Positions 29,968 through 45,299 of a stretch of 64,000 nt of DNA are shown here, piece by piece. Location of the stretch: the NCBI GenBank assembly GCA_020344555.1, contig CP070827.1, positions 4,191,419 to 4,255,418 on the forward strand, read 5' to 3'. Every line of letters starts with the position of its first letter. Position 1 is the first letter of the stretch. Below the pieces are notes generated by a model. The model saw only the letters and a program-made list of their open reading frames with translations, had not been told where the DNA came from and ran no database searches. Origin of the DNA: Phycisphaerales bacterium. GTDB lineage: Bacteria > Planctomycetota > Phycisphaerae > UBA1845. A program made the translations under genes and the position numbers.

Positions 29968-30627
29968 CTATTCATCCAACGCATCGACCCGCATGGCCAC
30001 CGGATCTTGCACCAGTCGCTCGAACGCGGGTTTCGTGAATATCAACTTTTGCCGGCGCAACACTTCGTAGGCATTGAGCTCGTCCACCACACGAACGTCC
30101 GTGGCGGGGATGTTCCTGCTCGACAGGTACACGTTGCTGTCCCGCTCGTGCATCGCCAGCACACATCCTCTCTCAACGCCTAACGCCGAGAACATGGAGG
30201 CGACGGTCTTAGTCCTGATCTCGGGGCAGCGAAGCTCCTCGATGATCATCACGTCGTTCGCCTGGAGCTTGGCCAGGATCGCGCTGTTCCGTGCCAGCCG
30301 CCGCATCTTCTTGGGCAACGCTCTGACCGCACGGGGTCCGCGCTTGGCAAACGCCCGACCACCTCCGCGCCGAATGGGGGTCCGCACGTTTCCGGCCCGA
30401 GAGTTCCCGGTGCCCTTCTGGCGGTAGAGCTTGCGGGTCGAGCCCTCCACGTCTGACCTGCCCTTCGTGCGAGCACTTTGCTGACGCCCGTGATTCAAAA
30501 AGGCAACAACAGCCTGCTTGATCAGCCGAGGTCGGACCCGGGCTCCAAGAACAGCCGGATCGATCTGCACCTCACCGGTCTGCTCGCCCTGCATGCTGAA
30601 AACGGGAACGGCCAGCATCACTATCAA
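29968..30627 (-). CDS. rplD: 50S ribosomal protein L4
   Basis: QKGTGNSRAGNVRTPIRRGGGRAFA. Its start overlaps the rplC stop. Confidence 0.95.
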   Translation of the reverse strand: MIVMLAVPVFSMQGEQTGEVQIDPAVLGARVRPRLIKQAVVAFLNHGRQQSARTKGRSDVEGSTRKLYRQKGTGNSRAGNVRTPIRRGGGRAFAKRGPRAVRALPKKMRRLARNSAILAKLQANDVMIIEELRCPEIRTKTVASMFSALGVERGCVLAMHERDSNVYLSSRNIPATDVRVVDELNAYEVLRRQKLIFTKPAFERLVQDPVAMRVDALDE

Positions 30628-31277
30628 TGCGCTTTCTTCTTGGACCGCCGCACAAGCACCACTGACCCGTTGGGGCCCGGAACGCTCCCGCGGATCATCA
30701 ACAAATCATTATTGGCATCAACCTTCACGACCCGCAGGCCGCTGATGGTGCGGCGGACATGGCCCATATGTCCGGCCATGCGCTTACCCTTCTTCACAGC
30801 ACGTCCAGTTCCACCGGTGGCGCTACCACCGATGCCGCCGGCCGAACGGTGCTTCCGCTCGACACCGTGCGAAGCCTCCTTTCCTCCGAATCCGTGCCGC
30901 TTCATGACACCGGCAAAGCCCTTACCCTTACTGATCCCGGTCACGTCCACGTACGCCACCGCACCTTCCGCAAACTGCTCCACCGTAAGAACGTCCCCCC
31001 GCGATACCGCTGTGGGTTCGCTCAGGCGGATCTCACGGATCACCCGTCTGGGGCCGGTACCTGCCCTGGCGGCATGACCGATCATCGGCTTCGTGGACCG
31101 ATGAGGCTTGAGCTCGCCGTAGCCAAGCTGTACGGCGTCGTACCCGTCGGTCTCCTTAAACCTGACTTGTAGTACCACACAGGGTCCGGCCTTGACAACC
31201 GTCACCGGTTCGGCAGCCCCACGCTCGTCCATAACCTGGGTCATGCCGATCTTAGTACCCAGTAGTGCGGGAATCAT
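30624..31277 (-). CDS. rplC: 50S ribosomal protein L3
   Basis: LLGTKIGMTQVMDERG...GKGFAGVMKRHGF. Confidence 0.95.
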   Translation of the reverse strand: MIPALLGTKIGMTQVMDERGAAEPVTVVKAGPCVVLQVRFKETDGYDAVQLGYGELKPHRSTKPMIGHAARAGTGPRRVIREIRLSEPTAVSRGDVLTVEQFAEGAVAYVDVTGISKGKGFAGVMKRHGFGGKEASHGVERKHRSAGGIGGSATGGTGRAVKKGKRMAGHMGHVRRTISGLRVVKVDANNDLLMIRGSVPGPNGSVVLVRRSKKKAH

Positions 31278-31425
31278 AAAGACAAACTATCCTCCCTCGC
31301 GTGCCGGCCGGCGAGTCGAACTCATCCCCTTGCGTGCGATAACGCTCACACGCCTGTTGTGTCTTTATAGTAGTGGTACAACGCCAGGGCGCCGCCGCGG
31401 CTTGCCTAACAGCAGCCCTTTACAC

Positions 31426-31737
31426 TTATGTCTTGATCTTCACAAAAACGCCGGCGGGCACCTGGATGCGATTGATGGCCTCGACCGTGCGGGCTGTCGG
31501 CTCACTTATGTCGATGATGCGCTTGTGGGTACGCATCTCGAACTGCTCGCGGGATTTCTTGTCGATGTGAGGCCCGCGCAGCACGGTGTACCGCTCGATA
31601 CGAGTCGGTAAGGGAACCGGACCGGACACTTTTGCACTGGTGCGTTTGGCTTGTTCCACGATCTCACGAGCTGAAGCATCCAGTGCTCGCGGATCGTAGG
31701 CCTCCATCCGGATTCTGATTCTGCTCTGGGTACTCAC
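31426..31737 (-). CDS. rpsJ: 30S ribosomal protein S10
   Basis: [15 protein letters not shown]...GPVPLPT. Confidence 0.95.
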   Translation of the reverse strand: MSTQSRIRIRMEAYDPRALDASAREIVEQAKRTSAKVSGPVPLPTRIERYTVLRGPHIDKKSREQFEMRTHKRIIDISEPTARTVEAINRIQVPAGVFVKIKT

Positions 31738-31801
31738 ACTACGTAAGGTCCTGCCGACAGACCACTTAGCAACCCTTAACCTAAAGAGCCGCGAACCTTA
31801 T

Positions 31802-31829
31802 AGGATAAACCCTCCTTGCGACCTGTCAA
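31802..31829 (-). promoter_or_regulatory. Candidate sigma70 promoter of the S10 operon (TTGACA-N16-TATCCT)
   Basis: Minus strand reads ctggTTGACAggtcgcaaggagggttTATCCTataagg. It lies about 65 nt upstream of the rpsJ GTG. Confidence 0.5.
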
Positions 31830-31935
31830 CCAGCCTTTTTGGCACCTTTTTCCGCCTCCTCCGCCCCCGGCCACCCCCTTCGGCCCGCAGAATCCCAGCC
31901 GGCGCGGCGCCCCGCCGGCATGACGGGTCAGCCGG

Positions 31936-34005
31936 CTACCCGACCAGGGCCTTCATTGCCGCCGGCGGCACCGGCGCGTAATGGGACGGGGTCATCGTGG
32001 AGGTCGCCCGCCCCTGTGACAGGCTCCGCAGCTTCGTGATGTACCCAAACATCTGGGCCAGGGGCACGTCCGCCGTTATCAGACGGTCCGACCCGCGTAT
32101 CCGAGTCTGGCGGACGACTGCCTTCCTGGCATTGAGATCGCTCATGATGAGGCCGAAGTACTCCTCCGAGGTGACTACCTCAACGTCCATTATCGGTTCT
32201 AGTAGTACCGGCGCCGCCCCCGCCATTGCCTCGTGGAAGGCTATCCGGGCCGCGCTCTCGAACGCCAACTCCGAGCTGTCTACCCTGTGCTGCTCCACCT
32301 CAAGCAGGGTGACCTTCCAATCAATCACCGGATAGCCGCCCAGTGTGCCGCTTTGGGCCGCCCCCGTGATCCCCGCCTCGGCGGCTTCCATAAACTCGGG
32401 GGGAATGGTCACTTCGGGGATTGCGCTGATGATTTCGAAGTTGGCCCGGCCACGGGTGTGAGCCCGCGGCTCGATCCGGAGCCGAACCGCGGCGAAGTGT
32501 CCGCGGCTCCCTAGCTGGCGGACGAACCGACCTTCACCCTCTCCACAAGCGGTCACCGTCTCCCGATAGGACACTCGCGGCTTGCCCACCGCGGCGTCGA
32601 TGTTCATGTCCGATCGGAGTCGCTGCACCACGACCTCCAGGTGCAGCTCACCCATCCCTGAGATGAGCGTCTGCCCAGTTTCGGGATTGGCCGTAACGGA
32701 AACGGTCGGATCCTGCCGCTCGAGCACGGCGAGGGCCTCCAGCAGCTTATCCCGGTCCTTGGAGGACCTCGGCTCCACCGATACGCTGATCACCGTTTCA
32801 GGAAACTCAATCGATTCGAGTAGCAACGGGCGGCGCTGGTCGCACAGAGTGTGCCCGGTCAGGGCGGATTTCGGGCCGATGACCGCGACGATATCGCCGG
32901 CGAAGGCCCTGTCGAGCTGCTCGCGCCGCTTGGCGAACATCCGGAAGATCCTGGTGACGTTCTCTTTCCGGCCGGTGACCACATTGAGGAGGCGCATATT
33001 CGGTCTGAGCGTTCCCGCGTAGATGCGCAGGTAGTACAGGTCGACCGGCTTCTCCGCAACGACCTTGAACACCAGCGCCGCCAGAGAGCCGCCCGGATCG
33101 CATGACAGCACGTGCTCGACGTCGGGGCGTTTGGCGTCCGCAGCGGTGACCGGCGGGGCCTCGAGCGGGCTGGGCAGAAAGTCGCACACCGCGTCGAGCA
33201 GGCGCTGGACACCCACGTAGCGAAGCGCACTACCACACAGAACGGGTGCAAGCTTGTGCTCGATGGTCGCGGCCCGGATAGCCCGCCGGATCTCCGCCGG
33301 TTCGATCGGCTGGTCGGCGAGGTACTTCTCCATCAACGCATCCGAGGTCTCAGCAACCGTCTCGAGCAGATGGCGACGCCGTTGCCGGACCGGTTCGCTC
33401 AGCTCATCGGGTATATCACCGAAGGCAAACGTCGAGCCCAGCTCCTCCTGTCTGTGGTAGACCGCTTTCATGTCTACCAAGTCGACCAGCCCTCCGAAAT
33501 CGCCTCCCGCCCCGATCGGAAGCTGGATCACCAGCGGGCTGACGCTGAGCCGACTCCCAATTGCGTCGACACAGGCCTCGAAGTCGGCACCGATCCGATC
33601 CATCTTGTTAATAAAGCAGAGGCGTGGTACGCCGTACTTGTCCGCTTGTCGCCAGACCGTTTCCGACTGGGCCTCCACCCCTTCCTTGGCATCGAACACT
33701 GCCACCATTCCATCGAGCACTCGCAGAGATCGCTCCACCTCCGCCGTAAAATCAACATGCCCGGGAGTGTCGATCAGGTTGATCGTCTGCCCCCGCCAAG
33801 GACAGCTCACCGCGGCGGAGTATATGGTAATACCCCGCTTTTGTTCCTCCTCATCAAAGTCGGTCGTGGTAGTCCCATCGTCGACCTCGCCCATTCGATG
33901 CGTGCGCCCGGTGTAGTATAGGATGCGCTCGGTAGCGGTGGTCTTGCCGGCGTCGATGTGCGCGGCAATGCCGATGTTGCGCACCGTTGATAGATCGAGG
34001 TTCAT
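31936..34005 (-). CDS. fusA: Elongation factor G
   Basis: MNLDLSTVRNIGIAAHIDAGKTT...DTPGHVDF. GGAGAG lies before ATG 34005. Confidence 0.95.
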   Translation of the reverse strand: MNLDLSTVRNIGIAAHIDAGKTTATERILYYTGRTHRMGEVDDGTTTTDFDEEEQKRGITIYSAAVSCPWRGQTINLIDTPGHVDFTAEVERSLRVLDGMVAVFDAKEGVEAQSETVWRQADKYGVPRLCFINKMDRIGADFEACVDAIGSRLSVSPLVIQLPIGAGGDFGGLVDLVDMKAVYHRQEELGSTFAFGDIPDELSEPVRQRRRHLLETVAETSDALMEKYLADQPIEPAEIRRAIRAATIEHKLAPVLCGSALRYVGVQRLLDAVCDFLPSPLEAPPVTAADAKRPDVEHVLSCDPGGSLAALVFKVVAEKPVDLYYLRIYAGTLRPNMRLLNVVTGRKENVTRIFRMFAKRREQLDRAFAGDIVAVIGPKSALTGHTLCDQRRPLLLESIEFPETVISVSVEPRSSKDRDKLLEALAVLERQDPTVSVTANPETGQTLISGMGELHLEVVVQRLRSDMNIDAAVGKPRVSYRETVTACGEGEGRFVRQLGSRGHFAAVRLRIEPRAHTRGRANFEIISAIPEVTIPPEFMEAAEAGITGAAQSGTLGGYPVIDWKVTLLEVEQHRVDSSELAFESAARIAFHEAMAGAAPVLLEPIMDVEVVTSEEYFGLIMSDLNARKAVVRQTRIRGSDRLITADVPLAQMFGYITKLRSLSQGRATSTMTPSHYAPVPPAAMKALVG

Positions 34006-34116
34006 GAGCTCTCCAGCCACTCTGCCCCGCCAAGACGAGGTTGCCGGCCGCATCTACGTAGCGAGCCCACCCGGCGCAACGGGTGGGCTCAGTCTCGAGA
34101 TTCGCTTGACCGACGA

Positions 34117-34593
34117 CTACCAGGCAAAATGGGCGAACGCCTTGTTCGCCTCAGCCATTCGGTGCATATTCGTACGCGTGGTGATTGCGGTTCCTTCGCC
34201 CTTGAAGGCGTCTATTATCTCCTGGGCGAGGGCTTCACGCATGGGCTTGCCCTTCTTGGCCCGCGCGGCGTCGCGGATCCAGCGGATCGCTAGTGACAGC
34301 TGCCGCTTGCGATTCACGGGCATGGGGACCTGGTAATTGCTGCCGCCGACGCGTTTGGACCGCACTTCAACGTTGGGCTTACACTTGCCGATGGCCTGCT
34401 CGAAGACCTCCTGCGGGGGTACGTCCTTGATGCGTTTGGCAATAATGTCCAAGGCGCCGTAGAAGTTGCTTGCCGCCGTGCTCTTCTTGCCGTCCAGCAT
34501 GGTGCAGTTGATGAACTTCGAAACCAGCAGGCTGTCATAGCGGGAATCCGGCTTCAGCTGGGCAGCCGAATGAGTGAATCTCTTATAAGCCAT
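34117..34593 (-). CDS. rpsG: 30S ribosomal protein S7
   Basis: Starts [21 protein letters not shown] and ends AHFAW. Confidence 0.95.
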   Translation of the reverse strand: MAYKRFTHSAAQLKPDSRYDSLLVSKFINCTMLDGKKSTAASNFYGALDIIAKRIKDVPPQEVFEQAIGKCKPNVEVRSKRVGGSNYQVPMPVNRKRQLSLAIRWIRDAARAKKGKPMREALAQEIIDAFKGEGTAITTRTNMHRMAEANKAFAHFAW

Positions 34594-34655
34594 TACGATT
34601 GCCTTCCCGGAAATCGCCCAGGGGTGGGCCGCATGCCACCTGACTGAGCAACTTG

Positions 34656-35282
34656 TCAAACGCCCCGGAACCGTAACCGCCGCAAGCGGCGCCCGGAGCG
34701 CGGCCTGCGAACCGATACGACCAACGTCACTGCAACCAACAACTCCACTACGCTCTTGGCCAAAAAGGGTATGAGTCCGGTCGAGACCGCAAGCCACACC
34801 TCACCACCGAACAGACCCAGGAAAAACGCCAAGCCGGCGCGCCACGCGATCCCAGACGCGAATATGACGAGTAAGCCGGCCGCTCCCACCGGCAGCAGTC
34901 GCCCGAACCCGGCGCCGTGTCCGCCCTTGAGAGCGCTTATCAGCCACGCAGCAACGACGAAACCGACCAGATAGCCTCCGGTCGGGCCGGCCAGGCCCGC
35001 TGATCCGGCAAAGACCGGCAGGCCTGCCGTTCCACATGCCAGATACAGGAGCATAGCCGCCACCGCTCGTCGCGGACTCAATGCGAATCCCGTCAGCAGA
35101 ACCGCGAGCGGTTGCAGCGTCATAAACACGTCGGTCCCCGGAACCGGGATTCGCACCTGCGCTCCAAGACTCACCAGCAGGCAGCAGCCCAAAACGCTCC
35201 CCACCGGGGCTAGGGTCCGCAATCCGGTAACCGCCGTCGACTCCGTGATCGGCTCGGCCACGTCAAAGTCACTTCGTTTCAT
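34656..35282 (-). CDS. bioY: BioY-family biotin transporter (ECF S component)
   Basis: Five or six TM helices. Contains [35 protein letters not shown] and [10 protein letters not shown]. Confidence 0.8.
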   Translation of the reverse strand: MKRSDFDVAEPITESTAVTGLRTLAPVGSVLGCCLLVSLGAQVRIPVPGTDVFMTLQPLAVLLTGFALSPRRAVAAMLLYLACGTAGLPVFAGSAGLAGPTGGYLVGFVVAAWLISALKGGHGAGFGRLLPVGAAGLLVIFASGIAWRAGLAFFLGLFGGEVWLAVSTGLIPFLAKSVVELLVAVTLVVSVRRPRSGRRLRRLRFRGV

Positions 35283-35336
35283 AGGACCAGCTCACTCTGT
35301 GTGTCGGGAATGACCAATCGCCCTGGCGACACCGGA

Positions 35337-35726
35337 TTACTTGCGCCGCTTCACACCGTACCTACTGCGACCACGGTTGCGCGGTCGCCCCTCCTTGTCC
35401 CCCTCGACGCCTGCCGAATCCAACGCGCCGCGGATCACATGGTACCGCACGCCGGGAAGATCACGCACCCGGCCGCCACGTACGAGCACAATGGAGTGTT
35501 CCTGCAAATTGTGATCGATGCCCGGAATATAGACGGTCACCTCCTTGCCGTTCGTCAAGCGGACACGAGTCACTTTGCGCAGGGCCGAGTTCGGTTTCTT
35601 GGGCGTCTGCGTCTTGACAATCAAGCAGACGGCCCGCCGTTGTGGACACTGGTCGAGGTCACGAACCTTGGACTTTTTCAGGACCTTCCGGCGTCCACGA
35701 CGCACAAGTTGGTTAATCGTTGGCAT
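35337..35726 (-). CDS. rpsL: 30S ribosomal protein S12
   Basis: [14 protein letters not shown]...[10 protein letters not shown]. Confidence 0.95.
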   Translation of the reverse strand: MPTINQLVRRGRRKVLKKSKVRDLDQCPQRRAVCLIVKTQTPKKPNSALRKVTRVRLTNGKEVTVYIPGIDHNLQEHSIVLVRGGRVRDLPGVRYHVIRGALDSAGVEGDKEGRPRNRGRSRYGVKRRK

Positions 35727-35786
35727 CGCCTATCCCATTACCAGTTATGGATTCCTCAACGCCCCTTCACGCTCCGATCGAGAGAC

Positions 35787-38700
35787 CTACGCTTCCGGGG
35801 CGGCGGTCTTGTCCTGATCCAGATCGCCCGACGTCGCACCCTGTTGGTCGGTTCCGTCCGCGAAGGAGAAGGACGGCGGAACCGCAACGCCAGTGGCGCC
35901 AACCGGGGCCGCCTCCGGAGCGGTGAGCGTGCCAAACCCCGTCCCGCCGAAGGCCAACTCCGTGGGTAGCTCGGCCAGAAACGGGATCGGCTCTCCAATT
36001 TGCTTGACCCGCATACGTTGGTAGCGCTTGAACCCGGTTCCGGCCGGGATCAGGTGTCCCAGTATGACGTTTTCTTTCAACCCTCGCAACTCGTCGATGT
36101 TACCTGCCAGCGCGGCCTCGGTCAGCACCTTCGTAGTCTCCTGGAATGACGCGGAGGAGATGAACGAGTCGCTCGACAGGCTGGCCTTAGTGATCCCCAG
36201 CAGCAGGGTGGTCGCAGAGGCGGGTTTGGGCCTCTTGCCCTTAGCGGGTTCGCCGCCGCGTTCCTCTGCCTCATCGTTGGTCTCGGCCAGCTCCGACTTT
36301 AGAACCACGTCACCCACAGACACCTTGGTGTCGCCGGGATTGTTGATAATCACGCTCTTGGCCAGCCGCTCGTTCTCGCTGCGGAAGCGGAACTTATCGA
36401 CCACTTCGCCGGGCAGGAAGTCCGAGTCGCCGGGTTGCTCGACCTTCACCTTCCGCAGCATCTGAGTGATGATGACCTCGAGATGCTTGTCGTTTATCGT
36501 CACGCTCTGGCTGCGGTAGACGGCCTGGACCTCCGCCAGCAGATACTGCTGCAGGGCTTCCTCACCCTTAATCCGCAGGATGTCGTGAGGGATCAGCGGA
36601 CCGTCGACCAGCGGATCACCTGCCTCGACGTGGTCCCCGGCGTGCACGAACAGGTGCTTGTCGTGGGGTACGTGGTGCTCCTTCTCCATCGCGCTCTCGC
36701 TGCCTACTATGATGGTCATCTTGCCGCGGCGTTTATCGGCACGGATCTCCACCTGCCCGGAAATCTCCGACATAACCGCCGGTTCTTTCGGACGGCGTGC
36801 CTCGAAGATCTCAGTCACACGCGGCAAACCTCCGGTGATGTCCTGCGTGCCGCCCATGGCCCGAGGCTGCCGCGCTAGCAGCATCCCCGGGGAGATCTGC
36901 TGACCCTCCGACACCTCGATACGGGCTTTGGCCGGCAAATAGTGATAATCCAGAACCTTGAATTGGTCGCCAGCCGTGTCCGCGATCACGATCTGAGGGT
37001 GCTTCTCGCCCTTGTGTTCGATGACCACGTATCTTGTGCTGCCTCCCTCCTGCTCCAAGCGGACCGTCTCGCCGTCGGCGACATCCTGGAAGCGCACGTA
37101 GCCGCCGACTTCCGCCAGTATAGGGATCAAATGCGGGTCCCATTCGCAAAGGGGATCGCCGTGCGACACCGTCTGACCGTCCGCCGCCAGCAGGACAGCT
37201 CCGTAGGGCACCTTGTCCCGAGACAGCTCACGACCCTTCTCATCGACAATGAGTATTTCACCGTTGCGCTTCAACGCCACGGTGCGAAGCGTACGGCCGT
37301 CGATGGGGACGTCCACGGGGTGGAGGTCCTGATAGCGGACCGTGCCGTCCTGTCCCGCCGTGAGCGTGTTCTCCAGAGCCGCCTTCTGGGCCACACCGCC
37401 GGTGTGGAACGTACGCATGGTCAACTGCGTGCCCGGCTCGCCTATGGATTGAGCCGCAAGGATTCCGACCGCCATCCCCTCCTCCACAATCCGACCGGTG
37501 GACATGTCCACGCCGTAGCACAGTGCACAAACGCCCAGCGGGGTCTCACAAGTTAGAGGGCTCCGTACCCGGATCTGGTCGAGGCCGAGATCTTCGATCT
37601 CCTCTGCGACCTCTTTGGTGATGATCTGGTTCTCAGCAACGATCAGCTTGTCTGTCTTGGGGTTGCGGATGGTATCGCGAGCCACGCGGCCGATGATGGC
37701 CTCACGGAGGGGGATGTCGACCTCCTCACCCTTGTAGATCGCGGCCTTGGTGATGCCGTTGATGGTGCCGCAGTCGGGCAGGTTCACGATCACGTTCTGG
37801 GCCACGTCGGCAAGTTTGCGCGTAAGGTACCCCGAGTCAGCGGTCTTCAGGGCGGTGTCCGCAAGTCCCTTCCGGGCGCCGTGCGTGGAGCTGAAATACT
37901 CGAGCACGGATAGACCTTCGCGGAAGTTGGACTTGATTGGTGTCTCGATGATCTCGCCGGAGGGCTTGGCCATCAGGGCCCGCATCCCGGCAAGCTGCCG
38001 GATTTGATCCACGCTGCCCCGGGCACCTGACTGGGTCATGAGGTAGATCGGGTTGAGGTAAGGCTCAGCCTCGGGGTCGCCGAGCGACTTGTAGTTGTCC
38101 TGGGCATCGCGGTAGTCGCTGCGCAGCTCAGCCATCATCGCCTGGGTCACAAGCTCACGGGCGTGAATCCAGACGTCAATGACTTGGTTGTATCGCTCCA
38201 AGCGGGTAAGCGTTCCTTCGTCGAACGCTTTTTGAATTCCATCGACCCGCTTCTGGGCAGCGTCGATGATTTGCTGCTTGGACCGCGGTATTCGCATGTC
38301 GGTGACACCGAATGACAAACCTGCGAGCGTGCTGTATCTGAATCCGATGTCCTTGATCTCATCAAGCAGATCGATCGTACCGGCCCTGCCCAGTGCTCCG
38401 TGGCAGTCGTCGATCACCCGAACCAGTCCCCTCTGGGACAACGAACAGTTGTAGAAGGGCAGTTCCGGACTCAGAACATCGTTGAAGATTAAACGTCCCA
38501 CGGTCGTCAGAATCCGACGGTTTGCGGGCACGGACTCAGCTTCTCTGGTAGCGTCGGAAACAACGCGATCACAATCGATCCGCACCCAGATCGGTTCGTG
38601 GATCCCGATGCACCGATACTCATGGGCCATCAGGGCCTCAAACATATTTGCGAAGCGTGGGGCCTTGTCCGGCTCGACCTCGCCACTTACATGGTCCGTC

Positions 38701-40226
38701 GTCAAGTAGAAAATACCCATGACCATATCTTGAGTCGGGGACATGATCGGGGCACCGTTTGCCGGGCCGAAGATGTTGTTGGTCGACATCATCAGCACAT
38801 GGGTTTCCACCTGAGCCTCGATGGAGAGCGGCAGGTGCACCGCCATCTGGTCGCCGTCGAAGTCGGCGTTAAACCCTCTGCAGACCAGAGGGTGAATCTT
38901 TATGGCGTTCCCTTCGACCAGGATCGGTTCAAACGCCTGGATACCCATCCGGTGGAGTGTGGGGGCGCGGTTGAGCAGCACCGGATGCTGGTAGATGACC
39001 TCTTCGAGGATGTCCCAAATGGCCTGATCCTGCCGTTCGAGCATCTTCTTCGCAGACTTGATCGTGTCCGCCAGACCCCGTTCCTTGAGTTTCCGAATGA
39101 TGAAGGGCTGATAAAGCTCGAGCGCGATTTTCTTGGGGAGCCCACACTGGTTCAGCTTGAGCTCGGGGCCGACGACAACCACCGAGCGAGCGGAGTAATC
39201 GACGCGTTTGCCGAGCAGATTCTCCCGAAACCGCCCCTGCTTACCCTTGATCATATCGGTCATGGACTTGAGCGGCCGGTTGCTGGAGCCGAGGACCGGG
39301 CGGCGACAGCGCCCGTTGTCGAAGAGAGCGTCAACGGCCTGCTGCAGCATCCGCTTCTCGTTCTGGATGATCACTTCCGGGGCGTTCAAGTCGACCAGTT
39401 TCTTCAGCCGACTGTTGCGGTTGATGATCCGGCGGTAAAGATCGTTCAGATCGCTGGTGGCGAAGTTGCCGCTGTCCAGAAGCACCAATGGGCGCAGGTC
39501 CGGCGGGATCACCGGAATGACATCCAGCACCATCCAGGAGGCCTCGTTCGGTGAGACCCGCAGGGCCTCCACGATCTTGAGCCGCTTGGCGAGATCCTTC
39601 TCTCGCTGTTTGCTGCCCGTCTTGGCCAGTTCGTCCCGTAGCTGCAGCGACAGTCCAGCAAGGTCCAGGCGGTTGAGCAGCTCCTTGATGGCCTCCGCCC
39701 CCATCGTGGCCGTCCACGAGTGACCGTATTGCTCCTGGGCGGCACGGTACTCCTCCTCGGTAAGTAGTTGCTTTTCTTTGAGCGGCGTATCACCCGGATC
39801 TACAACTATGTAGTCCTGGAAGTAAATGACCTTCTCGAGGCTCGCCGTTTTGACGTCGAGCAACGCTCCCAGCCGGGAGGGCATCGACTTGAAGAACCAA
39901 ATGTGCACGACGGGAGCCGCAAGATTGATATGCCCCATCCGTTTCCGTCGTACCCGCGAGTGTGTGACCTTTACGCCGCAGCGGTCACAGATAATCCCCT
40001 TGTGCTTGGTACCCTTGAACTTCCCGCAGGCGCACTCCCAATCGCGCTCCGGCCCGAAAATGCGCTCACAAAACAGACCATCCTTTTCCGGCCGATAGGT
40101 CCGGTAGTTGATGGTCTCAGGCTTCTTTACCTCGCCGAACGACCAGCTACGAATATCGTTGGGCGATGCCAACGAGATATGCACGCAACTGTAGTCATTT
40201 ACGCGATCGTAGATATTATCCAGCAT
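35787..40226 (-). CDS. rpoC: RNA polymerase beta' subunit
   Basis: ATG at 40226 (MLDNIYD). Contains the [12 protein letters not shown] catalytic motif and the zinc motif CECGKFKG..CDRCGV. Confidence 0.95.
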   Translation of the reverse strand: MLDNIYDRVNDYSCVHISLASPNDIRSWSFGEVKKPETINYRTYRPEKDGLFCERIFGPERDWECACGKFKGTKHKGIICDRCGVKVTHSRVRRKRMGHINLAAPVVHIWFFKSMPSRLGALLDVKTASLEKVIYFQDYIVVDPGDTPLKEKQLLTEEEYRAAQEQYGHSWTATMGAEAIKELLNRLDLAGLSLQLRDELAKTGSKQREKDLAKRLKIVEALRVSPNEASWMVLDVIPVIPPDLRPLVLLDSGNFATSDLNDLYRRIINRNSRLKKLVDLNAPEVIIQNEKRMLQQAVDALFDNGRCRRPVLGSSNRPLKSMTDMIKGKQGRFRENLLGKRVDYSARSVVVVGPELKLNQCGLPKKIALELYQPFIIRKLKERGLADTIKSAKKMLERQDQAIWDILEEVIYQHPVLLNRAPTLHRMGIQAFEPILVEGNAIKIHPLVCRGFNADFDGDQMAVHLPLSIEAQVETHVLMMSTNNIFGPANGAPIMSPTQDMVMGIFYLTTDHVSGEVEPDKAPRFANMFEALMAHEYRCIGIHEPIWVRIDCDRVVSDATREAESVPANRRILTTVGRLIFNDVLSPELPFYNCSLSQRGLVRVIDDCHGALGRAGTIDLLDEIKDIGFRYSTLAGLSFGVTDMRIPRSKQQIIDAAQKRVDGIQKAFDEGTLTRLERYNQVIDVWIHARELVTQAMMAELRSDYRDAQDNYKSLGDPEAEPYLNPIYLMTQSGARGSVDQIRQLAGMRALMAKPSGEIIETPIKSNFREGLSVLEYFSSTHGARKGLADTALKTADSGYLTRKLADVAQNVIVNLPDCGTINGITKAAIYKGEEVDIPLREAIIGRVARDTIRNPKTDKLIVAENQIITKEVAEEIEDLGLDQIRVRSPLTCETPLGVCALCYGVDMSTGRIVEEGMAVGILAAQSIGEPGTQLTMRTFHTGGVAQKAALENTLTAGQDGTVRYQDLHPVDVPIDGRTLRTVALKRNGEILIVDEKGRELSRDKVPYGAVLLAADGQTVSHGDPLCEWDPHLIPILAEVGGYVRFQDVADGETVRLEQEGGSTRYVVIEHKGEKHPQIVIADTAGDQFKVLDYHYLPAKARIEVSEGQQISPGMLLARQPRAMGGTQDITGGLPRVTEIFEARRPKEPAVMSEISGQVEIRADKRRGKMTIIVGSESAMEKEHHVPHDKHLFVHAGDHVEAGDPLVDGPLIPHDILRIKGEEALQQYLLAEVQAVYRSQSVTINDKHLEVIITQMLRKVKVEQPGDSDFLPGEVVDKFRFRSENERLAKSVIINNPGDTKVSVGDVVLKSELAETNDEAEERGGEPAKGKRPKPASATTLLLGITKASLSSDSFISSASFQETTKVLTEAALAGNIDELRGLKENVILGHLIPAGTGFKRYQRMRVKQIGEPIPFLAELPTELAFGGTGFGTLTAPEAAPVGATGVAVPPSFSFADGTDQQGATSGDLDQDKTAAPEA

Positions 40227-40302
40227 CGCGACAAATCCCCTTGTGGACAAAAAGGCGAGTCAAAACCAGTGTGCAACTCAGAATCCAACTGGCTACCCGT
40301 TG

Positions 40303-40800
40303 TTACGTTCCTTCACTTACCGACACCGCTTGTTGCGCAGGGACCGGGGCATCGATCGGAAGTTCCATGGGAACCACTCCCCGCATCTTGTGAAACCCCA
40401 GCTCCTCGCAAAAGTCCTCTTCCGTACCGTACGCCAGGGCGTCGATCCGTTCCACGCCGTACTTGCGGAGTGCTTCAATGACGAGCCGGGCCATTTCTGC
40501 GGCAATTCCCTGGGAATCATGTTCGATCCGGCCGTCCGTTCTGGTGACGCAGGCCGGGCCCTGGTAGGCCGGGTCCAGCTTGCACTCCGCGAGCCGTCCC
40601 CACAGGCCGTCTGTCACACCACGGGCAATGCCGATCAACTCCCCGCTGCGGCGTGCCGTCACGAAGCAAAACGTGTTGTCCATCATCCGCTGGAGCCTGG
40701 GCGGGGACTGCGTCGTCTCATGTCGCTGCCGGCGGTAAAAAGCCGACAGCTCAGCGGGGTCCGGTTTGGCCATCGTCTCAAACTCAATATCATTGAGCAC
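40303..40800 (-). CDS. GNAT-fold N-acetyltransferase-like protein
   Basis: GTG start sits 7 nt after GGAAGGAGG. Contains FVTARRSGELIGIARG...LDPAYQG...GIAAEMARLVIEALRKYGVERIDAL...EELGFHKM. Confidence 0.7.
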   Translation of the reverse strand: MLNDIEFETMAKPDPAELSAFYRRQRHETTQSPPRLQRMMDNTFCFVTARRSGELIGIARGVTDGLWGRLAECKLDPAYQGPACVTRTDGRIEHDSQGIAAEMARLVIEALRKYGVERIDALAYGTEEDFCEELGFHKMRGVVPMELPIDAPVPAQQAVSVSEGT

Positions 40801-40887
40801 GATGCGACCTCCTTCCTGCTAGGGACTTCCCATCGTAATAGTCATCCCTGACACAGATCCGTATCGGGCCCTGTGCCGGACTACGCA

Positions 40888-44664
<3,777 letters not shown>

Positions 44665-44780
44665 CGGACTCTGGCCCTCAACTCTGCGGTCCGGCGCTGC
44701 AGGCGCATGCCGCACACACCCGGGTCACACACCCAACCAACACCGGAAGTCGTAACTTTCATGATGTAAGGGGACGGTAC

Positions 44781-44841
44781 ATCGACCGGCGGGGCATCCG
44801 GTGGACCGGCTGTCCCACTAAGCCGGTCGATCCCGCCCCGC
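44781..44841 (-). promoter_or_regulatory. Possible rplL-rpoB attenuator with mutually exclusive hairpins
   Basis: GCCGGTCGAT (44822-44831) can pair with ATCGACCGGC (44781-44790, 10 bp). Its first 7 nt can instead pair with GACCGGC (44804-44810). Confidence 0.4.
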
Positions 44842-44888
44842 GGCAGACAGGCGCTATTGTGGATATCACAAAGCTGGATACACAAACC

Positions 44889-45299
44889 TCACTTGATGGT
44901 AACGGCACCACCCGCTTCTTCGATCTCACTCTTGATCTTCTCGGCCTCTTCTTTGGAAATCCCTTCCTTCACGGGTTTCGGGCAGGACTCCACGAGGTCC
45001 TTAGCCTCTTTCAGCCCCAGACTGGTAAGGGACCGGACCACCTTGATCACCTGAATCTTCTTGTCGCCGAAACCGGCCAAAATCACGTCGAAGGATGTCT
45101 GCTCCTCGGCCTCAGCCGCAGCGGCGCCGGCCTCGCCCGCACCGGCGGCCATGATCACTCCCCCGCCGGCAGGCTCAATGCCGTGTACGCTCTTGAGGCA
45201 GTCGACCAGGGCTTGAGCGTCTTTGACCGTCAGGTTCACGAGCTTCTCAGCAAGCTCGGTAATCGCGGGGCTGAACTCAGCGGTACTGGCTTCCGCCAT
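44889..45299 (-). CDS. rplL: 50S ribosomal protein L7/L12
   Basis: GGAAGGAGA lies before ATG 45299. The protein ends ..[10 protein letters not shown] followed by TGA. Confidence 0.95.
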   Translation of the reverse strand: MAEASTAEFSPAITELAEKLVNLTVKDAQALVDCLKSVHGIEPAGGGVIMAAGAGEAGAAAAEAEEQTSFDVILAGFGDKKIQVIKVVRSLTSLGLKEAKDLVESCPKPVKEGISKEEAEKIKSEIEEAGGAVTIK

